This document shows positions 22,401 to 33,516 of a stretch of DNA of 64,000 bases, one piece after another. The stretch spans positions 1,860,001 to 1,924,000 of the forward strand of contig SMSO01000036.1 in the NCBI GenBank assembly GCA_004764695.1. The letters run 5' to 3'. Below the pieces are notes generated by a model. The model saw only the letters and a list, made by a program, of their open reading frames with translations, made no database searches and was not told the origin of the DNA. Each line of letters begins with the position of its first letter. Positions within the stretch are counted from its first letter, which is position 1. Origin of the DNA: Schizochytrium sp. TIO01. Its lineage: Eukaryota; Protista; Bigyra: Labyrinthulomycetes. A program made the translations under genes and the position numbers.

Positions 22401-22817
22401 CAGTGAAAGTACATTGTAGTCGCAATCTGTGAGGACCACGTTACCTGCTGCATACAGCTCCAAAATAATGTGATACTCGCTCTCATGCTTCTCATAAAGT
22501 CCAAACTTGAAATCTACAACTCGGTCTCCACCGAGTTGTTCAATTGAGAGCAAGCGCTTCTGACGAATATGCTTTCGTAGCTTCATAGAGAAGCCACTCG
22601 GCATATCTGCCTTCTCTTTGACGAACTTGGTCGAGTGAAAACGAACACCGGATTCAATCACAACAAGCATCTTATCGCGGCCAGGTTCCGTCAGTTTGAG
22701 CAGAAATGTCTTGGAATCCACATCGTAGATATTCTGCACCCACGTCCCTACGCAGCTCGCGTCGAGCTCAGTAGCTAATCTGCGGATATCAAGTGCGCCA
22801 AACTTCGTTTTGGGCAT
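19419..22817 (-). CDS. NEMF: Ribosome quality control factor NEMF/Rqc2/Tae2
   Basis: NFACT-N ([29 protein letters not shown]), coiled coils, NFACT-R ([42 protein letters not shown]), acidic linker and NFACT-C (PMCAP, [9 protein letters not shown]). Confidence 0.97.
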   Translation of the reverse strand: [1132 protein letters not shown]

Positions 22818-23857
22818 CTTTCTAAAAAGATCTCAAAACCTTTGCAAGTTCTGCAATTTACACAACAAGATTGCCACAATCTGAAGCTGTGGCTTTCAGG
22901 GTTTGCCCTTAGCTAACGCGACGTCCACTCCGAAAAGTCTCCCTCAAACCAAAGAAATGAAAAGTAACCAACAAGGAGCGAGCGATCTTGGAGCGATCCT
23001 GTCCAAACCAAACGCTCTCGAAAGTAAAGCTGTCGGAAAACCTTGGAGCCGAAACTATTGAAGGCACGACCACCACGAAGCCTTTATAGCTCGGGATGGC
23101 CTTGCCCAGCTTTGGTTTCACAGCAAGCGAGCGAGAGGTTGCTCGATCTAATGATAATTGATCGCAGAGACTCGTGAAGCAAAGGAAAGAAAGCAAAGTA
23201 TTGAATAAAAGAAAGTAGAAAATATTTGGTAGATACCTAGTACCATATATTAGTCCAATTAAAAAAAAAGAAAAAGAAAAAAAAAGGAGCTGCCTACTGC
23301 ACCGTGAAGGCTCGCTCGAGGGACCGCGTTTGTCTCTTTGGGCCACCACTTTCGGGAAGGAAAGATTATGATATTAAAAAAAGATTACCAGAAATCAATG
23401 ACGAAGAGACACCAGGTAGGTACTTGCCTGCATAACATGGTAAAACAGAAGCCGACTCTTCTCGCAGAAGGAGTATAAATTGTAGAAAAATTTGTTTAAA
23501 ATGATACAGTGTTCGGAATACTGAAAGATAATAAACTTGCTTGGAAATATTCCAATGGTGAGCAAAATCGTGCAAATAGACTGGCTGGTTTTACATAGGT
23601 CAAGAAATTTTCGCAAAGAGCAGTATACAACTCTATGAATGGTATGAGAAGATTGCCAATCGAAGAAAAGAAAAAATGATAGTGCATTTTTAATACGAAG
23701 AGGAATGATGCAGATATGGTCAATGCGACGTGGTCGCTGATACAAGTAGATGTGAAAGAAATCTATGTTATTATTGTAGAAGGCATGTAGCGAAAATTAT
23801 TCGTCAAACATTCTTGAAAGAAAACAACGGAGAATCAGTGCTTTCAAATTTCAACCT

Positions 23858-24508
23858 TCAGAGGGTACTTTGGTCAACACCACCAGTTGAGTAGTGTTCC
23901 AGGAAAAATTTCACACGGTCCACTTCACCGAGATACTGTTCTTGGGCCATTTTCTGAATTTTTGAGCCCATGAATATCCCACATGGCCCGGCTTTGGACT
24001 TATAAAACTTCTTCATAGATTCCAAGGTACGAGCACTGGATATACGGGTGACTTGACACATGTTCTCATCTCCATGATACGGTGCTAAGTCCCAACGTTG
24101 TAAGGCATGCCTTACGTTGCCATGCTCTGTAATATCCACTGTTTGTACAATATGACGGCCTTCGACAGCCTTGCGAATTTCGATGCGAAGTTTACAATTG
24201 CTCAATATTTGCTCGTAATTTGCCCCAACTCCCTTTGAGGGTCCGCTTGTGCGCGCAACCGTACACGAAGGTTGTTCGGCCTTGATAAAAGCCTGCACAT
24301 CAAGCAAGGCTGTAAAAACCTGATCAGCACTCGCTGGAACGACAAAGGTTAATGTCTCTTCTCCTGTAGTCTCGTCATAGCTTGGCAGCTTTGGAGGTCT
24401 TGCTGGGGGTGCATCTGATTTTCGGGACAGGCGATCTGCGATTGCAGGCGCTGGGGCTGCAAGGCCCATATCTGCAGGTGCTGGGGCGGCAGAAACCTTT
24501 TCGGACAT
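23858..24508 (-). CDS. SRPBCC/START-like (polyketide cyclase-type) domain protein with Pro/Ala-rich N-terminus
   Basis: TFVVPASADQVFTALLD, GPSKGVGANY, a beta-strand core and a long C-terminal helix (LGEVDRVKFFLE), matching the helix-grip fold pattern. Confidence 0.6.
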   Translation of the reverse strand: MSEKVSAAPAPADMGLAAPAPAIADRLSRKSDAPPARPPKLPSYDETTGEETLTFVVPASADQVFTALLDVQAFIKAEQPSCTVARTSGPSKGVGANYEQILSNCKLRIEIRKAVEGRHIVQTVDITEHGNVRHALQRWDLAPYHGDENMCQVTRISSARTLESMKKFYKSKAGPCGIFMGSKIQKMAQEQYLGEVDRVKFFLEHYSTGGVDQSTL

Positions 24509-25929
24509 CTTGATAACACCAGAAGATCAGCAACTCAACCAGTATGAAGCAGTCACTCCAAAGTAGCTTTATTTGGTCTGGCGAAGGAACTCGTGGGCTT
24601 CGCTGCCTTCCCTCGCTCAGGTCTCGACTCCAGTTGTAAAATTCCATATAAAAGCTGCTATTTTAGAGGAAAGTAAACGAAAAGGAAAAACACACTAGTA
24701 ATGGTAGGATTTGCTTCTAAGATGGGGGTGTGCACGCGTCGCACGCCAGAAAATGCACGCCCCTAGCTCAGCTCCTTCGACCAGCTCGTTCCTGCTTTTG
24801 CACTGATTTAAAGACGTTGGGTTTTGCAAAGAACAATCCACGCGCTGATATGTTCATGATTACAAGTTTACTTTATTTTTGTAGGCATGGAGCGATTTGC
24901 ATTTTACTTTTTCTAACTTTGGATACGCAACAGGTTTTCAATTTAAGGATTGTTAGTTTGAAAAGGAGTAGATGCTGGTTGGTGCGGGTATATCATTTGG
25001 GTTGCGTTTCTGACTTTGCAATACATATTTGAAGGCCCTGAATCCAGAACAAGCACTAGACTTTGAGACGGCCTTGGTTCAATCCTTGCAAATTTCAATC
25101 AACTCTGACCTCTACAATTCTACAGACTTAAAGCATTTCGTAATTCTTGCATGAAAGCGAGATCAAAGAAATAAGATGCAACTGAGTATACAAACGTCAA
25201 CGAAGACTGCTTTCGGGGCATATTTTTGCACAGTTGGTTGATTGTTTAAATGCCACTTGAGACGAGTTGGTTCTCTTGCTCTGTCACACAAGCACTCTTC
25301 GTGGTGTCGCTAGGGAGAACTTTATTGAGTGTAACCTTATTTGAAACATAGTTAACCAAGACTGTCTAAAGCCCGACAACGGGGAGTAATAAAATTGACA
25401 AGTGCAGGATATTGAGGTTTTTAAACCTGGATACGTATTTATTAATGTTGGAATTACTCTCACTGCGCAGAGACAAAGTGTCTTCAGCAAGTAAGTGCAT
25501 CAAAAGTTGTTTGGTCAAAGTTGTCCCAGCTTAAAATTGCATCATTTCAAGAGAGAAAAGAGACAGAAAGGTTGGCAAGTAGGTATGAAAGTATGTAAGG
25601 AACCTCAGGTGCAGTCAGTATTTTCATTCACCGTGGAAAGCCAAAGGGTCAACTTAGGAGGAATGCAATTTTATTGCACAATACATTGTTTGTGTATTTC
25701 ATCTTGCGTTGACCAGGGCGTCACGGAAAGTATAAAAATGAACGAACTTTACATTTTTTTTTTGTTAGAATTCATGATCTGGATTATCTGCTTGCTGATA
25801 AAAGTTACTAAGGTACGAGAGACACTGCTTAGTGAATCTAGAAGACAATGTAAGGCCTTTTCAGTAAAAACAAAAACTTAAAAGAAAAAAAACAGCGAGA
25901 CCCAGCTAAACCTTTAGCAGATCGAGAGC

Positions 25930-26363
25930 AAGTTTGCAAGAAAGACCAGTTATTCCGAATTCTGCAACTCGACCATTGAGCAACAAATGGCCTCAATAAC
26001 ATCCAGATCAGCACGTCTGATGACGTCTCCATTTAGTAAACTCTGCGCTTATTGCCTCGAAGTGAGCTGGCAGATTACGACCATCTTGCACCGACAGAAC
26101 CTGCTGAATATATGTAGACTTTCAGCTGCATCAGCGATCATCAAAACAAGGTCATTCGGTGAACCCCAGAGCGGTTCCTATGTCATTAACGCATTAGCGT
26201 GAAGTGCAATTGCTGCAAAATTGCGATCAACGCACTTCCCATCCTCGTCACTTGTGGTAGGTTCTGGCCTTATATTGTTATCTCTCAAGCAACTTGAACT
26301 TGTTTTCTGATCAAGCCTGGATAGTTTTTTCGAACCAGCTTTAACCCACAAAGACCACAGCAA
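25930..26363 (-). pseudogene. Possible decayed ankyrin-repeat-like remnant
   Basis: Fragments across frames (DEDGK...FAAIALHANAL; QDGRNLPAHFEAI; LL...ADLDV) are interrupted by stops and frameshifts. Weak resemblance only. Confidence 0.2.
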
Positions 26364-29300
26364 AGTGTCCTAGACGAAGATCCGAATAACAATAGATCCT
26401 TAAGACTAGCTACCTAGACTGGGTGCGGAGACCAGGAAAGATCGAGCCCAATTTGCAAAAGTGCTTCAACTTACGGAGAGTTTCAAGAACTTCGAGTCAA
26501 CCACGAAGTCTAAATCAAGTCATCATGATCGACACTACCGCTGGTGCTTTTGGTTCTCTCCAAGTTGCCTTGCAGCCCATCCGTCTATCCATCTGCCGGT
26601 CTGGAGACAGTTCTGGTTGAGTCGCACTCTTCACTCTCTGTTGATTTTCTGGGAATGCCGATGCGTTACGAATGACCATCAGCGAAAGCCAGCAAGAAAA
26701 GGCTACTGTTTATACTATCTAGGGGAGCTAGCACTCGCAAGACGAAGAAACTCATCTTACGTCATCACCACTCAGAAAGCAGCAGATCTCCAGCCAGGCT
26801 GAAGAAACAGCTGGTCTGGGGTCGAGCGCTCATTGCCACATCGCCTGATGCCAAAGCGATGCGTTTCGAGGGGCCCTCATGAGCAACACCAGTGTCAGCG
26901 CTGGCGAGTTTTCGCCTCTGAGTTTATTCGTCAGCGCGCAGTTTTTAGCGCCTTTCCGACGAAACTAGAGCCAGAGTTAGTAATTTATTACTATTTTATT
27001 ATTCTTAGGTTATTCCTTTTCCTACGATTTAACTTTTAAAATTAAATTTATAAATATGATATAATATAAGAATCATAGGACGATAATAATCAAATGATAA
27101 TAGGCCTAATAATAAGCAAAAGTAGTACTAGTCGTCAGGAAATAAATAACAGAAGCAATATGTGTGCTTTTTTGAGGGTAACTAGGTATATAGTTCCTTC
27201 TTTGATAGCATTGTGTTATTGAATAATAGATCTAAGTAGCTGACAGCTGAGGTGAGCTTAGTGCCGAGGCTCCAAACCAATCTCCGAGCCTGCAAACCTA
27301 CCTACACTTGGTTCTAGAGAGCCATTCCTTTCCACCTTTGAGATGGTCTCCGCGTCGCAGGAGTTGTAACCAAACAAGAGGAGTATGGAGGTACAGACTA
27401 AATCTTTTTTTATCCTGATTTTTTTTGTTTAAACTTTAAAAATAGGTTGTACTTAGTACATATAGGCCCATATGGAGAAAAAAAGAAAAGAAAAAAAAGT
27501 TGACAGGAGAAAGGAAGAAGAAAGAATCCATCGACTACTACAGGACCCGTTTGTTTTCCTTTACGCTCGACTAATGAATAGACTTGAAACTCTAAAAAGG
27601 GCATTGGAGGGTTATGAACAGCCAGAAATAAGTCCAGTCGTTCTGCTTGAACAGCTTCGGCCGATTAACTTGAATCGATGGCTATCACCGAAGCTCCCTC
27701 GGAAGGAAGAACTCCAAAAGAGAGAATGACCATACCTATTTTTATTTTTTATTTTTTAATCGAAAAGATAAAATTAAAAAATTGATTGACTCTGATCGCA
27801 TCATTTCCTTCGGTCCGGTATAATGGAGCCTCTAAATAAATAGTACAGGTATTCTTGTGCACCTTGCAGCGAAATACGTGTACTGTACGAAATGGATCTT
27901 TGCCAGGTTGACGAAAACATAGGAGAGGAAGGAATAATGCTGTTCAGGAGATGTAAGAAAACTAGTACCAGTAGTAGTATGAAAACGAAGCATTTATTCC
28001 ATTTCATCAATATCTGTCAATCACTGCTGTGTTCGCGATGATGTGTCAACTATGTTTGGCTGCCTTCCATAGAGTCTCTCTGAATGGATAAGTTGCTCTG
28101 TTGACTTCTGATTGATCCAATCAATAGATAATGAATGAATGAATGAATGAATACAAACAGTAACATGAAGATAAGACGCACTACTGCTAATAATACTACT
28201 GCAATCTAATTTGGCCGGAAAGGTGAGCAAACCTTGAACTCGTGCGAGGCGCAACTCGAGAGCATCAATCAGCGACCCGTGCGTCGGACGGTAAGTGCAA
28301 GAGGTCCCGAACTGTGGCGAGGCGGCTCCCACCGTGGGCCGCCCTACGGTGCCGGTCCCAGAGATGGCTTTTTGGGGTGATGGGGCGATGTCTTGGATAC
28401 TGGTTTGGACCTGCTTGCTTATTAGCAAGGCGAAAACTAGTACGATTTAGGAGAGGGAGTGAGTTTATCCACTTTGCTCTGCATACGCAAAATAAAGATA
28501 GGCTGATAGGTTGATCTCTCGTGATCTCCAAGTAGGAGGTATCTGGTTTAGTTCTTCAGTTGTAATAATCTTTCATTCATCTGGAAAGACTTGAACCAAC
28601 TCGAGGCGGCCAATCTGCTATTTTAGTGATCATGACTACCATGGCTTGGTGAGCTCCTTACGATGTACTAGAACTCCACCTCGAGTCAGGTTAAATACGA
28701 GAAATCTTGATCTCCCAAATGGAGTTCCTCGAACTAATACGGGAGCAAACGCCGTCTCTAAAAGGAACAGGCGAAAATGGAGCATGTATGGAGTGAGAGG
28801 CACTCTGTATTGCACCGTGCTCAGGTATCAGGTCGTTGGATGGCGCCAAAATGAAGGTTGGTGATAAGTCCTCTCCGTTGGCCTTTCCGTTTTTTCTTTT
28901 GTTAAACGAGAATCTATGCGGGGAAATGACAAGAAGTGCCAGTACTATCTACTTGTACGCTAGTAAGGTGGCCAGTTGGATTGGACATATGAAAAGCCTG
29001 TTGAGCCTCAAGTAAAGTAAAGGCTCAAGTTTGAAATCATTCTACTCAAATTGGGGTGCAGAATGACGAGTAGAACTTTGGGACCTTTTCTGGGATTTCT
29101 CAGGCGCAACCTTTGCGAGCTACCACCACCCTAAGGGAGGGCATTTAAAGCTTCACACGAAGACCAAGATTGGAAACTTCGTTGAAGTTAGCGCTTAGCA
29201 GCTTGCTTGCGGTCTGGCAGCGAGAATAATTGAGTAGCATCTGCCTTCATCTATGATAATAGTAGAGGATAGCATTGAGCACATTTGATAAGAGAGTCGA

Positions 29301-29487
29301 ATTTACGTCAGGGGAATTCAACATAAGGATCTAACGGAGCTCTTGGGACAATGTAATGGAAGTGAACGAACCAAATTGACTAACGCAACACTTGGAACTA
29401 TTGATCTTTGCAACTTGTGTACCATAGAAAGTACAAGTAGTATCAGCTCAGGAGACAGTCGATACCCTTACCTTTTAAATTAACACC

Positions 29488-30789
29488 ATGGCAGACGAGG
29501 ACTGGGATACCTCCACGTACGAAGAAGCTCCGGCTGATCCGTACAACAAATCATCATTTGCCGGCGGCGCTGCTGCACCCCCAAGTGCACCATCAGCATC
29601 AACAAGTGCTTCGCCATCTACGACTGAAGCATCTCCAGTGCCGATTCAGAAGCACGAAGAAGTAAGCGTTGAAGAGGTTAGCGAGCCGCTCAACAAACTT
29701 TCTGTCGAAGAGGATACCTCATCTACCCCTCCTCCAATCATCATGCCGCCCGCTACGCAGCCCCCCAAGGCCGAGCTGGCCCCGGAGAGGTTTGAAGAGG
29801 AAGCCCGCATCAGTGCCAAGGACCGCACCTCTTCTCCTGTTCGCTCGGGACGCTCGCCTTCGCCCAGCCGCCGTGGCTCTGGCCCTGCGCCGGCAGACGC
29901 CCCGGAGTTTCTTCGCAACAGCCACCAGGGTAATGCCTTCACTGAGAAGCTTTCCGCTGATGGTCTCGCCTTCTTTAACGAGCTTTGTGAGAAGCCTTTC
30001 GCTGAGCAAGCCATTGCGTTCTTGAACGCATACTGGTCTGAAGTTGGTTCTCAGTCTGAGTTTATCTTCACTGTTGCCTACGAAATGCTCCGCAAGGCTG
30101 ACATGCACGCCAAGGGCATCAACTATGTTCACCTGTATGAGGAGGGTAACCTTTTGGATTTTAACATTGGCCTTTACTTTTACGAGAAGCTCTGCAAGCT
30201 CGTCCTCGACGATGATGCTGGCGCCAAGTGGCGTGATGACCCTCAGTGGGCCCCTTCTATGCCGGAGATGATGACTGCTATCAAGCGTAAGATTGAGCTC
30301 CGTGAGAAGGTCGATGTAAACTTTGATGGCCAGGTCTCCTTCCTAGAGTACTTGCTCTACCAGTACCGTGACCATGCCAACCCGGCAGACTTTGTCCAGC
30401 GTGCCATGAAGCACGACACTGAGGAGCACCCTGAGATCTTGAAAGCTCGCCAGGCTCTTGCTGATGTAAACAAGGCCATCAAGGCATACGAAGCCGAGAA
30501 GCATCGCCTCACCGAGCTTGCTGAGAAGCCCGGCGTCAAGGGTCTTGGAGCTAAGCACCAGCTTGCCATTCTCGACGCCTCTCCTCTTGCCGAGCAGCTC
30601 AACAAGTCTCTCATTACTGCCGAGGCTGCTGTTCGCATTGCTGTGCGCAAGTTCGGCAATGGCCGTGTCCCTGCCGCCGCTGGCGACTCCTCTGAGCCGG
30701 TTTCCACCAAACCCACCGAGGGTTCTATGTGGTGGCTCCAGCGCGATCTCGAGGAGAAGAAGAAGCTCTATGGCCGTCGCACCAAGTAA
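29488..30789 (+). CDS. abpB: Calcium-regulated actin-bundling protein (Dictyostelium ABP34-like) with ~140-aa acidic/Pro-rich N-terminal extension
   Basis: Close match to recalled ABP34 motifs: FTEKLSA, FLNAYW, ADMH.KGI, YFYE.LCK, EF-hand DVNFDGQVSFLEYLLYQY, NPADF, PGVKGLGA and WW..RDLEEKKK.YG. A likely 5'UTR intron has branch GACTAAC at 29378 and acceptor AG at about 29428. Confidence 0.9.
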   Translation: MADEDWDTSTYEEAPADPYNKSSFAGGAAAPPSAPSASTSASPSTTEASPVPIQKHEEVSVEEVSEPLNKLSVEEDTSSTPPPIIMPPATQPPKAELAPERFEEEARISAKDRTSSPVRSGRSPSPSRRGSGPAPADAPEFLRNSHQGNAFTEKLSADGLAFFNELCEKPFAEQAIAFLNAYWSEVGSQSEFIFTVAYEMLRKADMHAKGINYVHLYEEGNLLDFNIGLYFYEKLCKLVLDDDAGAKWRDDPQWAPSMPEMMTAIKRKIELREKVDVNFDGQVSFLEYLLYQYRDHANPADFVQRAMKHDTEEHPEILKARQALADVNKAIKAYEAEKHRLTELAEKPGVKGLGAKHQLAILDASPLAEQLNKSLITAEAAVRIAVRKFGNGRVPAAAGDSSEPVSTKPTEGSMWWLQRDLEEKKKLYGRRTK

Positions 30790-31810
30790 ATTCAGAATGC
30801 GCATTTTCGGGTCTGCATTTCTTCCCCCAGCGTATGTGCCAAATCTTCTGTCAACCTTGCAAATAAGTGTCGTTCTGATGACTTCCACAATACATGCCTT
30901 TTCTCTCTTGCATTCTAATCTACACATTCATCGGAGCGGCAGCAAAAGGTTCGTGATATAATGTACTGATGCACGATTCGGTTTTGGCCTTTTCGGCCAT
31001 TTAGGGGGAGGTCCTTTGTAGTGTATACGACTTGATCATTTCATTTCACAGGCTACCTAACCTTTTTGGGAATGAAGCCAGATTAATTCTCTCACAGGCC
31101 CCACATTCAATTTAACATTCGTAAATCATGAAACTACTACCTTACTTCTTTCACATTTCTGTTCCATTCTGTTTTGCGAACCAGTTGCTTGGTAGGTACC
31201 TACTTACTTTCCTCGCAACCATAATTGACCATGAAGTATCACACAGGGTCAACCAATCGACAGAGTAGTATTTTTTTTTTTTCCAAGGCTTGTGGTGTCC
31301 TATATACTACGGGAAGAACTCTTTGCCCTTCTCAAATTCTTGCGTCCCAACCTCGATAAGATGCTAGTGCTAGCAGTAGGGCAAGTGCTTAATGAGTGCT
31401 TATGACGATTTGTATTTCCATTGAAGATATTTTTCATATAAATTATCTATTCGCAAAAACTGCAGTTTCATCACAAGGGAGTCAGACTCAACGCTTGAAA
31501 CACCTTCCTCAAGATGCTGCTGTATCTCTAGGCTATGTTTTCTCAGCGTCTCACAGATTGTAGTACTTCACCGCACCTGGCCAAATCTTGCCAAAAGGTT
31601 TCCTGCATATAAGCATAATAGGATCGTGCTGAGAGTACCAATGTCGATATGATATGATTTCACTGTTACAATTGGTAAAGCAGGCAGTAAAATGGTAAAA
31701 GCTCATGCCATCCATGGCACGAGCGGTCCAGATCTAATTCGATGCGCCATACATACCATATGAAGGAGCTGCACTACTCGACGTTGAACATGTATTGACG
31801 ATCCATCTGT

Positions 31811-31854
31811 CATGCCGCACCGTCGGAGCATGCCACACCGTCGGAGCATGCCAC
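31811..31854. repeat. 18-bp tandem repeat CATGCC(G/A)CACCGTCGGAG, about 2.4 copies
   Basis: Direct reading of the sequence. Confidence 0.85.
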
Positions 31855-32565
31855 CTACCACGCATTCCTCTTCCAGCTAGTTCAACAAGAATCAGGATTG
31901 TCCTCGCAAGTAAGTGAATCACATGGTCCGTCCACTCCTTCTCATGATCATGACGAAGAGCCGTCGGACTCAACGGTACTAGCCTCCTCTGTCCCGCCTT
32001 AACACTGGCTAACCCCCTCATATTGCAAATACGGGTGTGAATTCACAATAAGGCGCTTTGCGAGCACTCTTCCTTCCGCTCATGGCGCAGTGTAATCCTT
32101 GGTGAAATCTGCCGCTCCGTCTCCTTGCAAAGCACTCTGAGAGACTTTGCCAAACGTATTCGCGATCTGCACCTGAAGACACTTGTACCCGGCTCTTTTG
32201 ACTGCTTTCCGTGGCTCTAGAGGTTTCCGTGGCGTGTCTCTGGCGTCGATTTCGAGGATTTCAAGCCAAGCTTGGCCCCTTTCGACGAATTTCTGACCTC
32301 CATTTCACGCCCGCCCCCTAGCCTTTAAGGCATGCGGTGACTAGTCAGTGGCGTAGGAGGGGGCCGCGCGGAAACGAAAGAAAAGCTTTGGTAGAAAGGT
32401 TTTGCGGCGGAGGGATTGATACAAGAACTAGGACTCGACTTGGGAGGGAGCAGGCGTGGGCGGGAGGGTGAGGGGCGTGGAGGTTGCGGATAAGATGCAG
32501 GAAAGGCTCGAGGAAAGGCGGCATGACTCTGAAGACGGCAGAACGGGAACTCTGAGGCAGTGAGG

Positions 32566-33516
32566 ATGGAGATTCTGGGCTCGAAGCTCGCTCTGAGCAA
32601 CGCCCTGAGCGGCGCCGCCGCCGATGCGTTCTCCTCGGCGGCACTGTACCCTCTGGATGTGGTCAAGGTCCAGATGCAGGCGAGCAAGACGCACTCGCTG
32701 TACGATGTAATGAAGCACCTTATGGAGCACCCTTCGGAGGCTTACAAGGGTTTGCAGACAAAGATTGTGGCAAGTGTGCAACAGAAGTTCCAATACTTTT
32801 ATGTCTACGCTCTGCTCAGACAGCTCTATGCGATCCGCACGGGGCAGAAACCTGGTGCTCTTGTGGATCTCGTCATTGGATACCTCTCTGCCCTCGAGGG
32901 TCTTGGCACTACGATGCCTTTTGAGGTCGTCAATACTCGTATTATCACCACTCGCAAGGTCCACAAGGACGAGAAACCGCCTGGGTTCTGGGAAACCTTC
33001 AACGAGATTCTCGAGAAAGAAGGCGCAAAATCCTTCTACAGGACACTCCCGGCAAGCATGATCCTTTGCATCAACCCTGCCATCACCTATGTCGTCTTCG
33101 AGGAGCTCAAGTCGAGGATTCTGGAAAGAGCTCATAGTGGATCACAAGTGCTCACCACGGCACAAGCCCTTGTGGTTGGTGTAATCTCGAAGAGTATCGC
33201 GTCGATTGTGACGTTTCCGTTCATTCGTGCAAAGGTGCTGATGAGTGTCTGGAAGAAGAGCCACGATATGCATCTTGAGGAGGAGCGCAAACGTGGTATT
33301 GAGCCGACTGAGGAAGAGCTCAACCGCCAAACACCTGGTCTGATTGCCACAATGGAGGCGGTTCTTCAGAACGAGGGCGTCCTGGGCCTCTACAAGGGTC
33401 TGGGCGCAACCCTTTTCAAGGGCGTTAGCAATGCCGCTCTCATGCTTGCAGTCAAGGAAAAAATTTACGTTGTTGTGCAAGCTTCCATCATGGGCTCGCA
33501 AAAGCAGGTGAAGTAG
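32566..33516 (+). CDS. SLC25 carrier, peroxisomal adenine nucleotide transporter-like (ANT1/PNC/PMP34 group)
   Basis: Three carrier repeats: YPLDVVKVQMQ, PFEVVNTRI and FPFIRAKV, plus LCINPAITY. The degenerate second and third signatures are typical of peroxisomal carriers. Confidence 0.85.
   Translation: MEILGSKLALSNALSGAAADAFSSAALYPLDVVKVQMQASKTHSLYDVMKHLMEHPSEAYKGLQTKIVASVQQKFQYFYVYALLRQLYAIRTGQKPGALVDLVIGYLSALEGLGTTMPFEVVNTRIITTRKVHKDEKPPGFWETFNEILEKEGAKSFYRTLPASMILCINPAITYVVFEELKSRILERAHSGSQVLTTAQALVVGVISKSIASIVTFPFIRAKVLMSVWKKSHDMHLEEERKRGIEPTEEELNRQTPGLIATMEAVLQNEGVLGLYKGLGATLFKGVSNAALMLAVKEKIYVVVQASIMGSQKQVK

Noticed and set aside
25030-25090. tRNA-Gln-like words (CTGAATCCAG, GACTTTGA, GGTTCAATCC)
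   Set aside because: Order and pairing do not form a cloverleaf; no acceptor stem.
31811-31854. CRISPR-like or mobile-element repeat
   Set aside because: Simple tandem duplication with no spacers, terminal inverted repeats or transposase ORF, in a eukaryotic context.
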